From positions 8,848 to 72,847 of the forward strand of contig JAKSJK010000001.1 of NCBI GenBank assembly GCA_024398095.1: a DNA stretch of 64,000 nucleotides, in the 5' to 3' direction. The position numbers and the translations under genes are program-made. The notes under the pieces were generated by a model. It did not search any database. It saw only the letters and a program-made list of their open reading frames with translations, and was not told the DNA's origin. Position 1 is the first letter of the stretch. Each line of letters starts with the position of its first letter. Below are positions 30,202-38,319 of the stretch, piece by piece. Source of the DNA: Bacteroidales bacterium. GTDB lineage: Bacteria > Bacteroidota > Bacteroidia > Bacteroidales > UBA932.

Positions 30202-31833
30202 TTATTCTTTGGCAATTACGAGTGCGCTGATGTGTCCGTCGCAAGCAAGAGTGGTGTCTATTGCCTTGACATTGACGGTGATGTCTCCGTTCGAGGCGGG
30301 CTTTACCGAAGTATAACTTACCATGAACGGTGAGAAATCAGCATCATCGCCAGGCCAAGTCTTCATGCCGGTGTAGATGGTCTTTGCCTCTGAAGTGCTT
30401 GCACCGGCTACGGTATATTCAGAAATACGGGCGGTTGCACTTCCGTTGAAGCGGACTGCGAGTATCGAAACCGAATAGGTGGCTGCAGGATCGAAGCCGC
30501 TGAGCACTACGCTCGCAGGGCCCTTGTCACCTTCATTCTTGGTGCCACCGATCATGATGGCATCTGCCCAGACCGCCTTTGCGAATTTCATCTCGCCGAT
30601 GACGATTTCCTTGTCTGGCTCGCTGCCCACGCCATTGTGTGAGGCGGTGAAGCCATTGAGGGCGCTGATGGAGATAGGAGACCAGTCGCCTGTAGAGGAC
30701 TTGAGGTAGACCGGTTCGGTGGTTGAGAAGGTGGTCACGCGGTTCCAGGCCTCGGACGGAGCGGTGCTGCCGCCACCGAAGTCCACCCATACGGGAGCCT
30801 TGAATTCAGGATTGCCGAGGAAAGGCTTCTTGAAGTCCACCATGTCGGTCACCTCATAAGGCTTGGTAACTGCCATATGGGCGGCGTTCTGGGCAACTCC
30901 AGCCTGAGATTCGTCCACAGCAGCAGGCTTGTAGGTATTGCCCACTACGCTCTTGCCGCTGAGAGCCTCAAACCAGGTGCAGGCGGCGGTATAGCGTCCG
31001 TAATTCACCTCGAGATGGTAGCCGTCACGGTTGAAAGAATCACCCATGTAGGATGTACGGGCATTCTGGATGGCGGTGCCAGATGGGATGATATAATCGA
31101 AATGATTGTCCCTGAGAGCATTCTGGGCAGCAGAAACGATCATCTGGTACATCTTCATCTGATCCTTGTCGTAGTTAGGGAACTCGGCGTGGTCGGAAGT
31201 CTTGGCATAGGACCAGGTCATGTGCCAGCCCAGTTTGACGTTCTTGTTGGTAGCCTTCTCCTTGATATAGCTCAGGAGAGCAGGCAGATAAGCGGTGTAA
31301 CTGTCATAGAGACCGGATTTGCCGCTGGCCTGCTGGATGGTGATCACGTCCCAGTTCTCATCGAGGATACCGGCGAGGAGGGCAAAGTTAGGGGTCTCGG
31401 TCTTGGTGCCGTTTACGACCTTGCGGTATGCATACTTGCCTTCGCCGGACTGCATGTTCTTGTAGTGGGTTTCGAGGGTACAGCCTCCGATGTAGAGGTT
31501 GCCGATGATCACTTTCTGGCCATCTGCGTCAAAGAGATTCCACAGGTACTGCTCCACAGCGTCCTGGGAGAAACTGTTTCCGATCGCAAGGATGCGGAGG
31601 ATTCCGTCTGGTTCCGGTTCAGGATCGGGGGTTGGATCAGGAGTTGGATCAGGGGTTGGATCAGGAGTTGGATCAGGAGTTGGATCCGGGGTTGGATCCG
31701 GGGTCGGGGTCGGATCTACCTGCTCTTCATCGTCCTTTGGATTATCGATCGGAGTGCAGGAAGCCAGGATGGTCTGGGAACTGAACATGATTGCAAAAGC
31801 GACAATCAGTCCAAGGAACAATCTCTTATTCAT
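30202..31833 (-). CDS. SGNH/GDSL (DUF4886-like) putative carbohydrate esterase lipoprotein with Pro/Thr/Asp linker and C-terminal beta-domain
   Basis: Lipobox LASC, (PDPT)n linker, ILAIGNSFS nucleophile block, WDVITIQQAS, RDGYH (DxxH). Confidence 0.82.
   Translation of the reverse strand: MNKRLFLGLIVAFAIMFSSQTILASCTPIDNPKDDEEQVDPTPTPDPTPDPTPDPTPDPTPDPTPDPTPDPEPEPDGILRILAIGNSFSQDAVEQYLWNLFDADGQKVIIGNLYIGGCTLETHYKNMQSGEGKYAYRKVVNGTKTETPNFALLAGILDENWDVITIQQASGKSGLYDSYTAYLPALLSYIKEKATNKNVKLGWHMTWSYAKTSDHAEFPNYDKDQMKMYQMIVSAAQNALRDNHFDYIIPSGTAIQNARTSYMGDSFNRDGYHLEVNYGRYTAACTWFEALSGKSVVGNTYKPAAVDESQAGVAQNAAHMAVTKPYEVTDMVDFKKPFLGNPEFKAPVWVDFGGGSTAPSEAWNRVTTFSTTEPVYLKSSTGDWSPISISALNGFTASHNGVGSEPDKEIVIGEMKFAKAVWADAIMIGGTKNEGDKGPASVVLSGFDPAATYSVSILAVRFNGSATARISEYTVAGASTSEAKTIYTGMKTWPGDDADFSPFMVSYTSVKPASNGDITVNVKAIDTTLACDGHISALVIAKE
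31609..31716. repeat. Coding 12-bp tandem repeat (about 7 copies of GGATCNGGRGTT) encoding (PDPT)n
   Basis: Directly visible; copies vary only at synonymous positions. Confidence 0.9.
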
Positions 31834-31835
31834 AT

Positions 31836-33407
31836 TTATTTTACATTAATTTTTCCAAGTCTGAGCCAGCCGCCGGAAGTGAGGCTGGAGGTCTTTACAG
31901 ACAGATCGATAGCCGGGCTGTTGCCCTTGGTCGTATCTACGATGGCAAGGGCCCAGGTGTAGTTGCCTGCAGCCACCTTGTCGAGTGTGATTTTAGAAGT
32001 ATATTCCTTCGGGCTGCCCTGATGCCAGTCAGAAGGATGCACATCGTCCATGATGAAGATCCTCGCCGGCTGCTCGGTATTAGGGTTGAGCAAGGCAAAG
32101 GCAAACTTATATTTCTGATAGACCGGCACATTGGTCGGGCAATAGGACCAGCCTAGGTTGAGCCATCTGTGCTTGATGCTCACCGTGGCATCCCTGGTGC
32201 CGGAAGTCGGGATGACAACGCGGTCCGGATAGAGGCGGTAGATGCCTTCCTGGATGAAGCGTTCCACGAGATCGTAGGCCTCATTGAACCAGGACCAGGT
32301 CTCGCCTGCCCCGAGGTTGCTGTTGTAGCGGAGGTCCATGGTGTTGGCATGGATGTACTTCGCATCGTCGTATTCCCCCTTGCGGACCTCAGCCCAGTCA
32401 GAATAGCCGTCGCCCTTGATCGAGCCTCCGTGAGATGCGCGCACCCATCCGCCTTCTGCAGTAAAAGGGACGGTGTACATCAGAGAGGTCAGCATGCCCT
32501 TTTCCCAGGTTGAGAAATAAGTGTGCATGCCCAGGGCTGCACTGCCCACGACAAAACCCTTGCTCACAGCCTTGCGCACAAGCCTTTCCGAATCGGGGTC
32601 ATATTTATTTCCGTCCCATTCGGTGAGGCATCCTAGCCATCTGTGGCCGTTTGCCACCACCGGGACCTTGGTAAATTCTTTTGCGAAAAGGTCGCAGACA
32701 TAGTCGAAGACCGCCTCGCGTGGAGAAACATCTCCTGTAGTGTACTTGCAACTGTGGTACTCCCCCCACTTGCCCATGCCGAAGCCCTCGATGCACTGCA
32801 CCAGGTCGGGATCGTTGTACTGCTGGGCGAAGGCGTGGATGAACTTGGCGTAACACTCCTGGAATACAGGATCGTCCGGATAGGGACTCCAGACTTTCGT
32901 AGAGGTACCGGTAGTGGTCTCGAAGGTCTTGCAACCCTTGTCCTTGACATATTGAGGAGTGCAGTTGAAATGCTGGTCGCGGCTGTCGAGACTGAAGCCG
33001 AAGGCGATCTTGAGTCCCCTCTGCTTCGCTCCTTCGACCAGATATTTCAATCTCTGAGCCTCCTTGGTATTCACGTCGTCGGTCCAGAAATACTTGCCCT
33101 CCTCCGGCTCTGCCTGGGACCATTTGAAACGGATCAGCAAGGTAGTGCAGTAGTCAGAGACATTGACCTTGCCCACACTGCTGTCAAAATTGTCGTAGGC
33201 CTCCCAGAAATTGTCTGCGAGTCCGTCACCCACACCGGAGTAAAGAAACCAGCCGCTGAACGGGTTCTTGAGATTCCTCTTGCGGTCGGGAGAAATGTTC
33301 ACGGTCTCCCCCTCCGTCTTGCTGCCGTCATTGACAGGTTCCTTGTGGCAGGAGACCAAGGTCCCAGCCACAAGGAGCGCTATCATAAATACTTTAGGTC
33401 TAAACAT
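31836..33407 (-). CDS. DUF4832-like putative glycoside hydrolase lipoprotein (paralog A)
   Basis: Lipobox LVSC; NPFSGW, PYPDDPVFQ, GKWGEYH, AEGGW, YRLYP, WLNLGW shared with three other copies in the window. Confidence 0.8.
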   Translation of the reverse strand: MFRPKVFMIALLVAGTLVSCHKEPVNDGSKTEGETVNISPDRKRNLKNPFSGWFLYSGVGDGLADNFWEAYDNFDSSVGKVNVSDYCTTLLIRFKWSQAEPEEGKYFWTDDVNTKEAQRLKYLVEGAKQRGLKIAFGFSLDSRDQHFNCTPQYVKDKGCKTFETTTGTSTKVWSPYPDDPVFQECYAKFIHAFAQQYNDPDLVQCIEGFGMGKWGEYHSCKYTTGDVSPREAVFDYVCDLFAKEFTKVPVVANGHRWLGCLTEWDGNKYDPDSERLVRKAVSKGFVVGSAALGMHTYFSTWEKGMLTSLMYTVPFTAEGGWVRASHGGSIKGDGYSDWAEVRKGEYDDAKYIHANTMDLRYNSNLGAGETWSWFNEAYDLVERFIQEGIYRLYPDRVVIPTSGTRDATVSIKHRWLNLGWSYCPTNVPVYQKYKFAFALLNPNTEQPARIFIMDDVHPSDWHQGSPKEYTSKITLDKVAAGNYTWALAIVDTTKGNSPAIDLSVKTSSLTSGGWLRLGKINVK

Positions 33408-34787
33408 TTATTCTTCAGAGATTACGAGAGCATTGATGAAGCCGTTGACCACATCGGTCCTGGAAGCCACGACAGCAGAAACTGCTATTTCAATGACTCC
33501 GTTTTCATCAGGGCTTACGTTTGTGAAGGTCGACACGAAGGAATTGTTGTCCATGTCGCTTGCAGATTTGGCACCTGTGTCCACATCATTGTAACTTCCG
33601 CCGCAGCTTACACGTGCAACTCGGATATCGCGGCTGCCGTTGTAACGGATGGAAAGTACTTTGAGAGTATAGGTCTTCCCTTCTGTACATCCGGAAATCT
33701 CGATCTTGCCGGTAGTATTTCCGTCGGAGATCTGGAGGGCATCCTTGTAGACATCCTTAGGGAAGTCGACATCGGCCTCGGTGTAGGTCGCCAGAGGCTC
33801 GGAGCCTGCACCGCCCCAGGTTGTGGAGAAGGCGTTTGTGATGGCAAGGGAAAGATCCGATGCACTGCCATCCGGGAGTTTCAGTCCTACAGGATTTGCA
33901 GAGGCAGCTGCTGCAGTCACGGCATTCCACTGCGAATTAGGAACTGCAGTTGGGCCGAAGTCCACATACACGGTCACCGCGTCGGTAGGTTCCACTACAG
34001 GTGCTTCTTTGCCGATCTGTACGGTGGTAGTCTTAACTCCGCCAGCGTGGAAGGTCGCGGTCTTGTCGGCCGTGAATTCCTTGACGATGGTGAAGGTGTC
34101 GGCTCCAGCTACAAGCGTGAAGGTCAGCTTTGAGCCCACGCTCGTGGTGAAAGGAGCACACTGCAGGAACATAGGCTTGGACTCTCCTACCGGAATAGAA
34201 ACATTCTGACCGTCCATCACGCTGTACTTCACAGGATTGACCGGGCTGAGCTCGCCTGCGCTGATCCTGTAGCGTCCACCCATGTTGTCAGTGTCGCTTT
34301 CGATGCGGATGCTGTTGACCACGAGATCCACCTCGCCGGTGTTCTCGATGACGGTCTTGATGATGGCAGTCAGATGATGCATCATCACGCACGGAGACTC
34401 GGATCCCACTGCGGTACCCTGGCCGTACATGGTCACTTTCACACCACCGGAATAGGTAAAGACGCCCTCGCCATAGCCGGCATTGTAAGGGGTCAGGACC
34501 TCGTAACTGTAGGTCACTCCGTCTTCTGGAGTAAAGTCAGAGCACTCGAAGGCATTCTCCTCGCCAGCAACCTTGGTGAAGTTGTAGGCTTCCCCGTTGA
34601 CCAGCACATGAAGGCTTTCTTCATTCTTCCAAGTAACCTCGAAAGTGCCCTCATTGAAAGATGCCTTGCTATCCTGAGAATCGAGATAGATCCTGAAAGG
34701 AGCGGAGTCAGCTACAGGAGCCTCCTCCGGCTTGCTGCAGGCAGCAAGTGCGACAAGCGCAAAAAGAGAGTAAAAAATCTTCTTCAT
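33408..34787 (-). CDS. Fimbrillin (type V pilin)-like lipoprotein with C-terminal putative glycan-binding domain
   Basis: Start moved to MKKIFYS; lipobox LAAC; SKASF...VTWKNEESLHV and MHHLTAIIK resemble Mfa1-like fimbrillins. The C-terminal about 190 aa are homologous to the C-terminus of the SGNH protein. Confidence 0.6.
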   Translation of the reverse strand: MKKIFYSLFALVALAACSKPEEAPVADSAPFRIYLDSQDSKASFNEGTFEVTWKNEESLHVLVNGEAYNFTKVAGEENAFECSDFTPEDGVTYSYEVLTPYNAGYGEGVFTYSGGVKVTMYGQGTAVGSESPCVMMHHLTAIIKTVIENTGEVDLVVNSIRIESDTDNMGGRYRISAGELSPVNPVKYSVMDGQNVSIPVGESKPMFLQCAPFTTSVGSKLTFTLVAGADTFTIVKEFTADKTATFHAGGVKTTTVQIGKEAPVVEPTDAVTVYVDFGPTAVPNSQWNAVTAAAASANPVGLKLPDGSASDLSLAITNAFSTTWGGAGSEPLATYTEADVDFPKDVYKDALQISDGNTTGKIEISGCTEGKTYTLKVLSIRYNGSRDIRVARVSCGGSYNDVDTGAKSASDMDNNSFVSTFTNVSPDENGVIEIAVSAVVASRTDVVNGFINALVISEE

Positions 34788-34800
34788 ACTGCGTTCCTCC

Positions 34801-34950
34801 TTAAAAAGTACCATCATCTTCATAATCTTCGAGGATGAAACCTCGTCTGTTTTCGTCGCTCGCTGTAAGCAGAGCGTTCTCAGATGCTATCTCGAGTATC
34901 TGGATAAAGGGGCTGGCGTATTCCAGCCCCTGTTTTTTCATCATATCCAT
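34801..34950 (-). CDS. 49-aa small protein with YxxP...ExxLLxxS motif
   Basis: Manual translation MDMMKKQGLEYASPFIQILEIASENALLTASDENRRGFILEDYEDDGTF*. It fills the gap between the SusE-like and fimbrillin-like genes (6 and 13 bp spacers). Confidence 0.7.
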   Translation of the reverse strand: MDMMKKQGLEYASPFIQILEIASENALLTASDENRRGFILEDYEDDGTF

Positions 34951-34956
34951 ATGGAA

Positions 34957-36564
34957 TTACCTTTGTTCGAACCTTACGGTTGCCTTGGTATTGTTCGTAG
35001 GATCGATCTTGACGATCACACAGTTGGATCCCTCTGGGATGAGGAAGTAAGCGTAACGGTTGTTACCCTGACCGCCTACAGACTCATAGTCCTTGCCGAA
35101 CTCGCAGCTTACATAACCGTTGTAGCTGTTACGTACTGCGGCTGCGGTAGAACCGTAAGCCCAGACGTTGTTGGCCTTGTAGTAGACGAAGAAGGTCACA
35201 TAACCCTTGATCTTCTTGGTTACGATGGTGCCGTCCTCCATGACCTTGAGGTCGTTGGAATCAGTCTTGAGAGTCTCACCAAGATAGGTGAATACGGTAG
35301 GATCTGCAAGACTCTGCTGGAGTTCAGGCATCCTCTCTGCGTCACCATAGATCCAGCCATTGAATCCACCGTACATCCACAGAGCAGTTACTTCCTGGAC
35401 GTAAGGGTTGATGCCGTCTGCAGTGTTGTTGTAGGAAACGGTGATGTTCTTCATGTCTGTAGCAGAAGAATAGATGGCCACGGTCTTCGCATCGGTGTCG
35501 ATCACAACGCGGTATACACCGTCAGCAGGGATGTTCCAAGCCTTGGCGTTGGCAGTGCCCACAGCGGACTGAGCGAACTGGGTTGCGTTACCGTCCTTGA
35601 TGTCGCCCTCGGTAGTAGAGACGATGGCAAGGGTACGGGCACCTTCGAACTCGAGAGGCATGTAGAGAGTACCGGCCTTGAGTTCACCACGGAACGCGAA
35701 GAGACCTGAACGTTCTACACAAGGAGCCACCTCGATGTCTTCTGAATTCACGGCAGTACCTGCGAGGAAGATCTTGTCCACCTCGAAGATCTGGGATACA
35801 GGGATGATCTCCACAGTCTTGGTAGCCATATTGAGTTTCACCCTGTAGGCATCCGGAACTGTTATGTTCCATCCGCCGCCCTGGGCTGCGTCAACCACGG
35901 TTGCAGCCATAGGCTCAGAAGAAATTTCTGAAGAACCTGCAGGAACGATGAGGTTGTTCTCGTCGCCATAGACAACCGGGAAGTTGAGCTGGCCGGCCTT
36001 GAGGTTGCCCTGCCACTGGAATGCGTCAGGATTGCTGCCGGCAGTGAGTTTCACAGGCTCACCTACAGCAGTACCACCGATGTAGATCTCGTCACCTGCA
36101 AACTGCTTAGGACCATAGGTCTTGAGAGTAACCTCCACGCTGGCCTGGTCCGGGATGATCAGGGACGGACCGCTGAAGGAAGCAGATACCGTGAAACGGA
36201 GCTTGCTCTTGGAGCTGGTCTTCTGGCCGAAGCGGTTGATCAGCATGTTCTGGAGCTGCTCGTGGGTGTAGGAACGGGTAAATACGCCGTCATCCTCATA
36301 CTCGTGGACGCCCTCAGCAGCGCTGGTTGCATGCTCCACGTAATACTCGTAAGTGGTGATATAGTCGTCACCGTAGTCAGTTGCCGCAGTCCAGGAAATG
36401 GTCAGTGCGACCTCATCCTTCTTGCTTTCGTCGAGTACGACAGACTCTGCAGAGGCTGTCATTTCGACACTGAAATTATGCCATGACTTCTCGTTGTCGA
36501 CCTTCTGCTGGCATGCGATTGCAAGCGGAAGAAGGAGCAATGAAGCCTTAAGTGATGCTTTCAT
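34957..36564 (-). CDS. SusE/SusF-like surface glycan-binding lipoprotein
   Basis: Lipobox AIAC; N-terminal SusE-like Ig domain (ALTISWTAA) and tandem beta-sandwich repeats; directly after SusD. Confidence 0.8.
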   Translation of the reverse strand: MKASLKASLLLLPLAIACQQKVDNEKSWHNFSVEMTASAESVVLDESKKDEVALTISWTAATDYGDDYITTYEYYVEHATSAAEGVHEYEDDGVFTRSYTHEQLQNMLINRFGQKTSSKSKLRFTVSASFSGPSLIIPDQASVEVTLKTYGPKQFAGDEIYIGGTAVGEPVKLTAGSNPDAFQWQGNLKAGQLNFPVVYGDENNLIVPAGSSEISSEPMAATVVDAAQGGGWNITVPDAYRVKLNMATKTVEIIPVSQIFEVDKIFLAGTAVNSEDIEVAPCVERSGLFAFRGELKAGTLYMPLEFEGARTLAIVSTTEGDIKDGNATQFAQSAVGTANAKAWNIPADGVYRVVIDTDAKTVAIYSSATDMKNITVSYNNTADGINPYVQEVTALWMYGGFNGWIYGDAERMPELQQSLADPTVFTYLGETLKTDSNDLKVMEDGTIVTKKIKGYVTFFVYYKANNVWAYGSTAAAVRNSYNGYVSCEFGKDYESVGGQGNNRYAYFLIPEGSNCVIVKIDPTNNTKATVRFEQR

Positions 36565-36582
36565 TATATAGTGTATTATCTG

Positions 36583-38307
36583 TTAATAACCTGGATTCTG
36601 GGTAAGATTACCGTTGGAAAGGTCGATGTCGTGGGTAGGAATAGGCCAGAGCATCTGCCTCTCAGGGAAGATTCTCTGAGCGCCTCTGCTGATGAGACCT
36701 GCCTCTGCCATAGGCTCGAAGTTAGCGAGACCATCCTCGTCGATCTGAGGAGTCTCAGGCCAGAAGTAGAGACCCTTGTCGTAGACCTTGGTCTTCCACT
36801 CTGCGGCATCGGTGAGGTTGATGTAGTTGTAAGAGTTGAGAGCCTTCTTTGCGAGATCCCAGCGGATGAGGTCCATGTAACGACGGCACTCCTTTGCGAG
36901 CTCCACACGCCTCTCCAGACGGACGGTCTTGCGGAGAGTTGCCTGGTCGGTCGCAGTTACGGCAGGATACTCGGTGGTCATGGTCACATTCACGCCATAT
37001 GCCCTTGCACGTACGGAATTGATAGCCTCGAGAACGCTTGCATCGATTTCGTTGAGCTCGATCTTTGCCTCTGCATACATGAGGAGCACGTCAGCGTAGC
37101 GCATGATCAGATAGTCCACATCGCTGTTGAGACCGTTCTCAAGCCAAGAGCCGTCCACGCCCTTCTTCCAGATAAGACCGTTGAATGAGGCGTACTGCTG
37201 GTTGGCGCGGGAGTCGTTATTGGCCTGTTCCTTACCGGTGGTGAGGTTCATGACATTCTTTGCAACCGGAGATGGATCGTAGATGAAACCGCAGTGTTCG
37301 GAGCCGAACTCGACGATGGTCATGCAGCAGCGTGGGTCGCGGTTCTTGAATGGATTGTGAGGATCGAAGAGAGGAGACTCGTCGATAGGCAGACCGTCGG
37401 TGCAGAGGAAGGCTGCGAGGAGATCCCATGAAGGGGTGTCTGCAGCATATCCGCCTGCATTTCTAGGAAGTCCGTTCTTCACATACCACTGGTCGAGTAC
37501 TACGCTGTTGGTGATGGAACGAGGGATGCAGAAGATCTTCTCGTCGTTCTCCCTGGTGGTCTGGAGGAAGAGTTTTGCCCAATCAGGCTCGAGCCTGTAG
37601 ACATTGAGGTCCATGCAGGCCTTTGCAGACTCAGCCATGATCTTCCAGTCCTTCATATACATGGCGAAACGCGCCTTCATTGCAAGGGCGGCACCCTTGG
37701 TGAAGTGGGAGGATGCAGGTACATGGGCTACAGGAAGGTGCTCGATCGCAAAATCGAAATCCTCATAGACATGCTCCTTGACCTCGGCGAGAGGAGTGCG
37801 CTGGAGCTGCTCCGCCTCGGTGATGGTGTAGTATCTGTCGATGTATGGAACATCACCGTAGAAGAAAAGGAGATCTGCATACTTGCAAGCCCTGGCAAAG
37901 TAAGCCTCAGCCTTGAAGCCGTCTACCATGGCCTGGCTCATGCCGGCCTCTTCAGCCCTGTGGATGTTCTCCAGGAGGGAGTTCGCACGGGAAATGAGTT
38001 TATAGCTCTGCTGCCAGAGATTGTATACATACCAGGTCTGACCGGTAAGTGTTGCGTCGAGGACAGAACCGCCCTCTCCCCTGTTGGTATTGCGGTAGGT
38101 AAAGTTATCTGTCCACTGCTCTGCTGAGAGGAAAGGCTCCTGCCAGTAGCCGAGGATGTAGAACTCATTCACCGCCATCTTAAGCTCGGCCTCGGTGGTG
38201 TACCAGGTCTCGCTGTTGCCCTGAGCGGTTGGCTTCAGGTCCATAGAGAGGCAGGAAGTGGCGAGAAGAGCCGCGCCTGCTATTGCACTGAATATTCTAG
38301 TTTTCAT
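36583..38307 (-). CDS. susD: RagB/SusD family lipoprotein
   Basis: Lipobox ATSC; AEAYFARA, NRDPR, MRYADVLLMYAEA, ERRVELA, DLIRW, QNPGY. Confidence 0.95.
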   Translation of the reverse strand: MKTRIFSAIAGAALLATSCLSMDLKPTAQGNSETWYTTEAELKMAVNEFYILGYWQEPFLSAEQWTDNFTYRNTNRGEGGSVLDATLTGQTWYVYNLWQQSYKLISRANSLLENIHRAEEAGMSQAMVDGFKAEAYFARACKYADLLFFYGDVPYIDRYYTITEAEQLQRTPLAEVKEHVYEDFDFAIEHLPVAHVPASSHFTKGAALAMKARFAMYMKDWKIMAESAKACMDLNVYRLEPDWAKLFLQTTRENDEKIFCIPRSITNSVVLDQWYVKNGLPRNAGGYAADTPSWDLLAAFLCTDGLPIDESPLFDPHNPFKNRDPRCCMTIVEFGSEHCGFIYDPSPVAKNVMNLTTGKEQANNDSRANQQYASFNGLIWKKGVDGSWLENGLNSDVDYLIMRYADVLLMYAEAKIELNEIDASVLEAINSVRARAYGVNVTMTTEYPAVTATDQATLRKTVRLERRVELAKECRRYMDLIRWDLAKKALNSYNYINLTDAAEWKTKVYDKGLYFWPETPQIDEDGLANFEPMAEAGLISRGAQRIFPERQMLWPIPTHDIDLSNGNLTQNPGY

Positions 38308-38319
38308 ATTCGCTCCGCA

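Noticed and set aside
31609-31716. Tandem repeat considered as a CRISPR array or phase-variation tract
   Set aside because: The unit is 12 bp with no spacers, is in frame and varies at synonymous sites, so it is a protein linker.
34801-34950. Small ORF as a lasso peptide or other RiPP precursor in a biosynthetic cluster
   Set aside because: No RRE, protease, cyclase, radical SAM enzyme or exporter in the window. Kept only as a peptide of unknown function.
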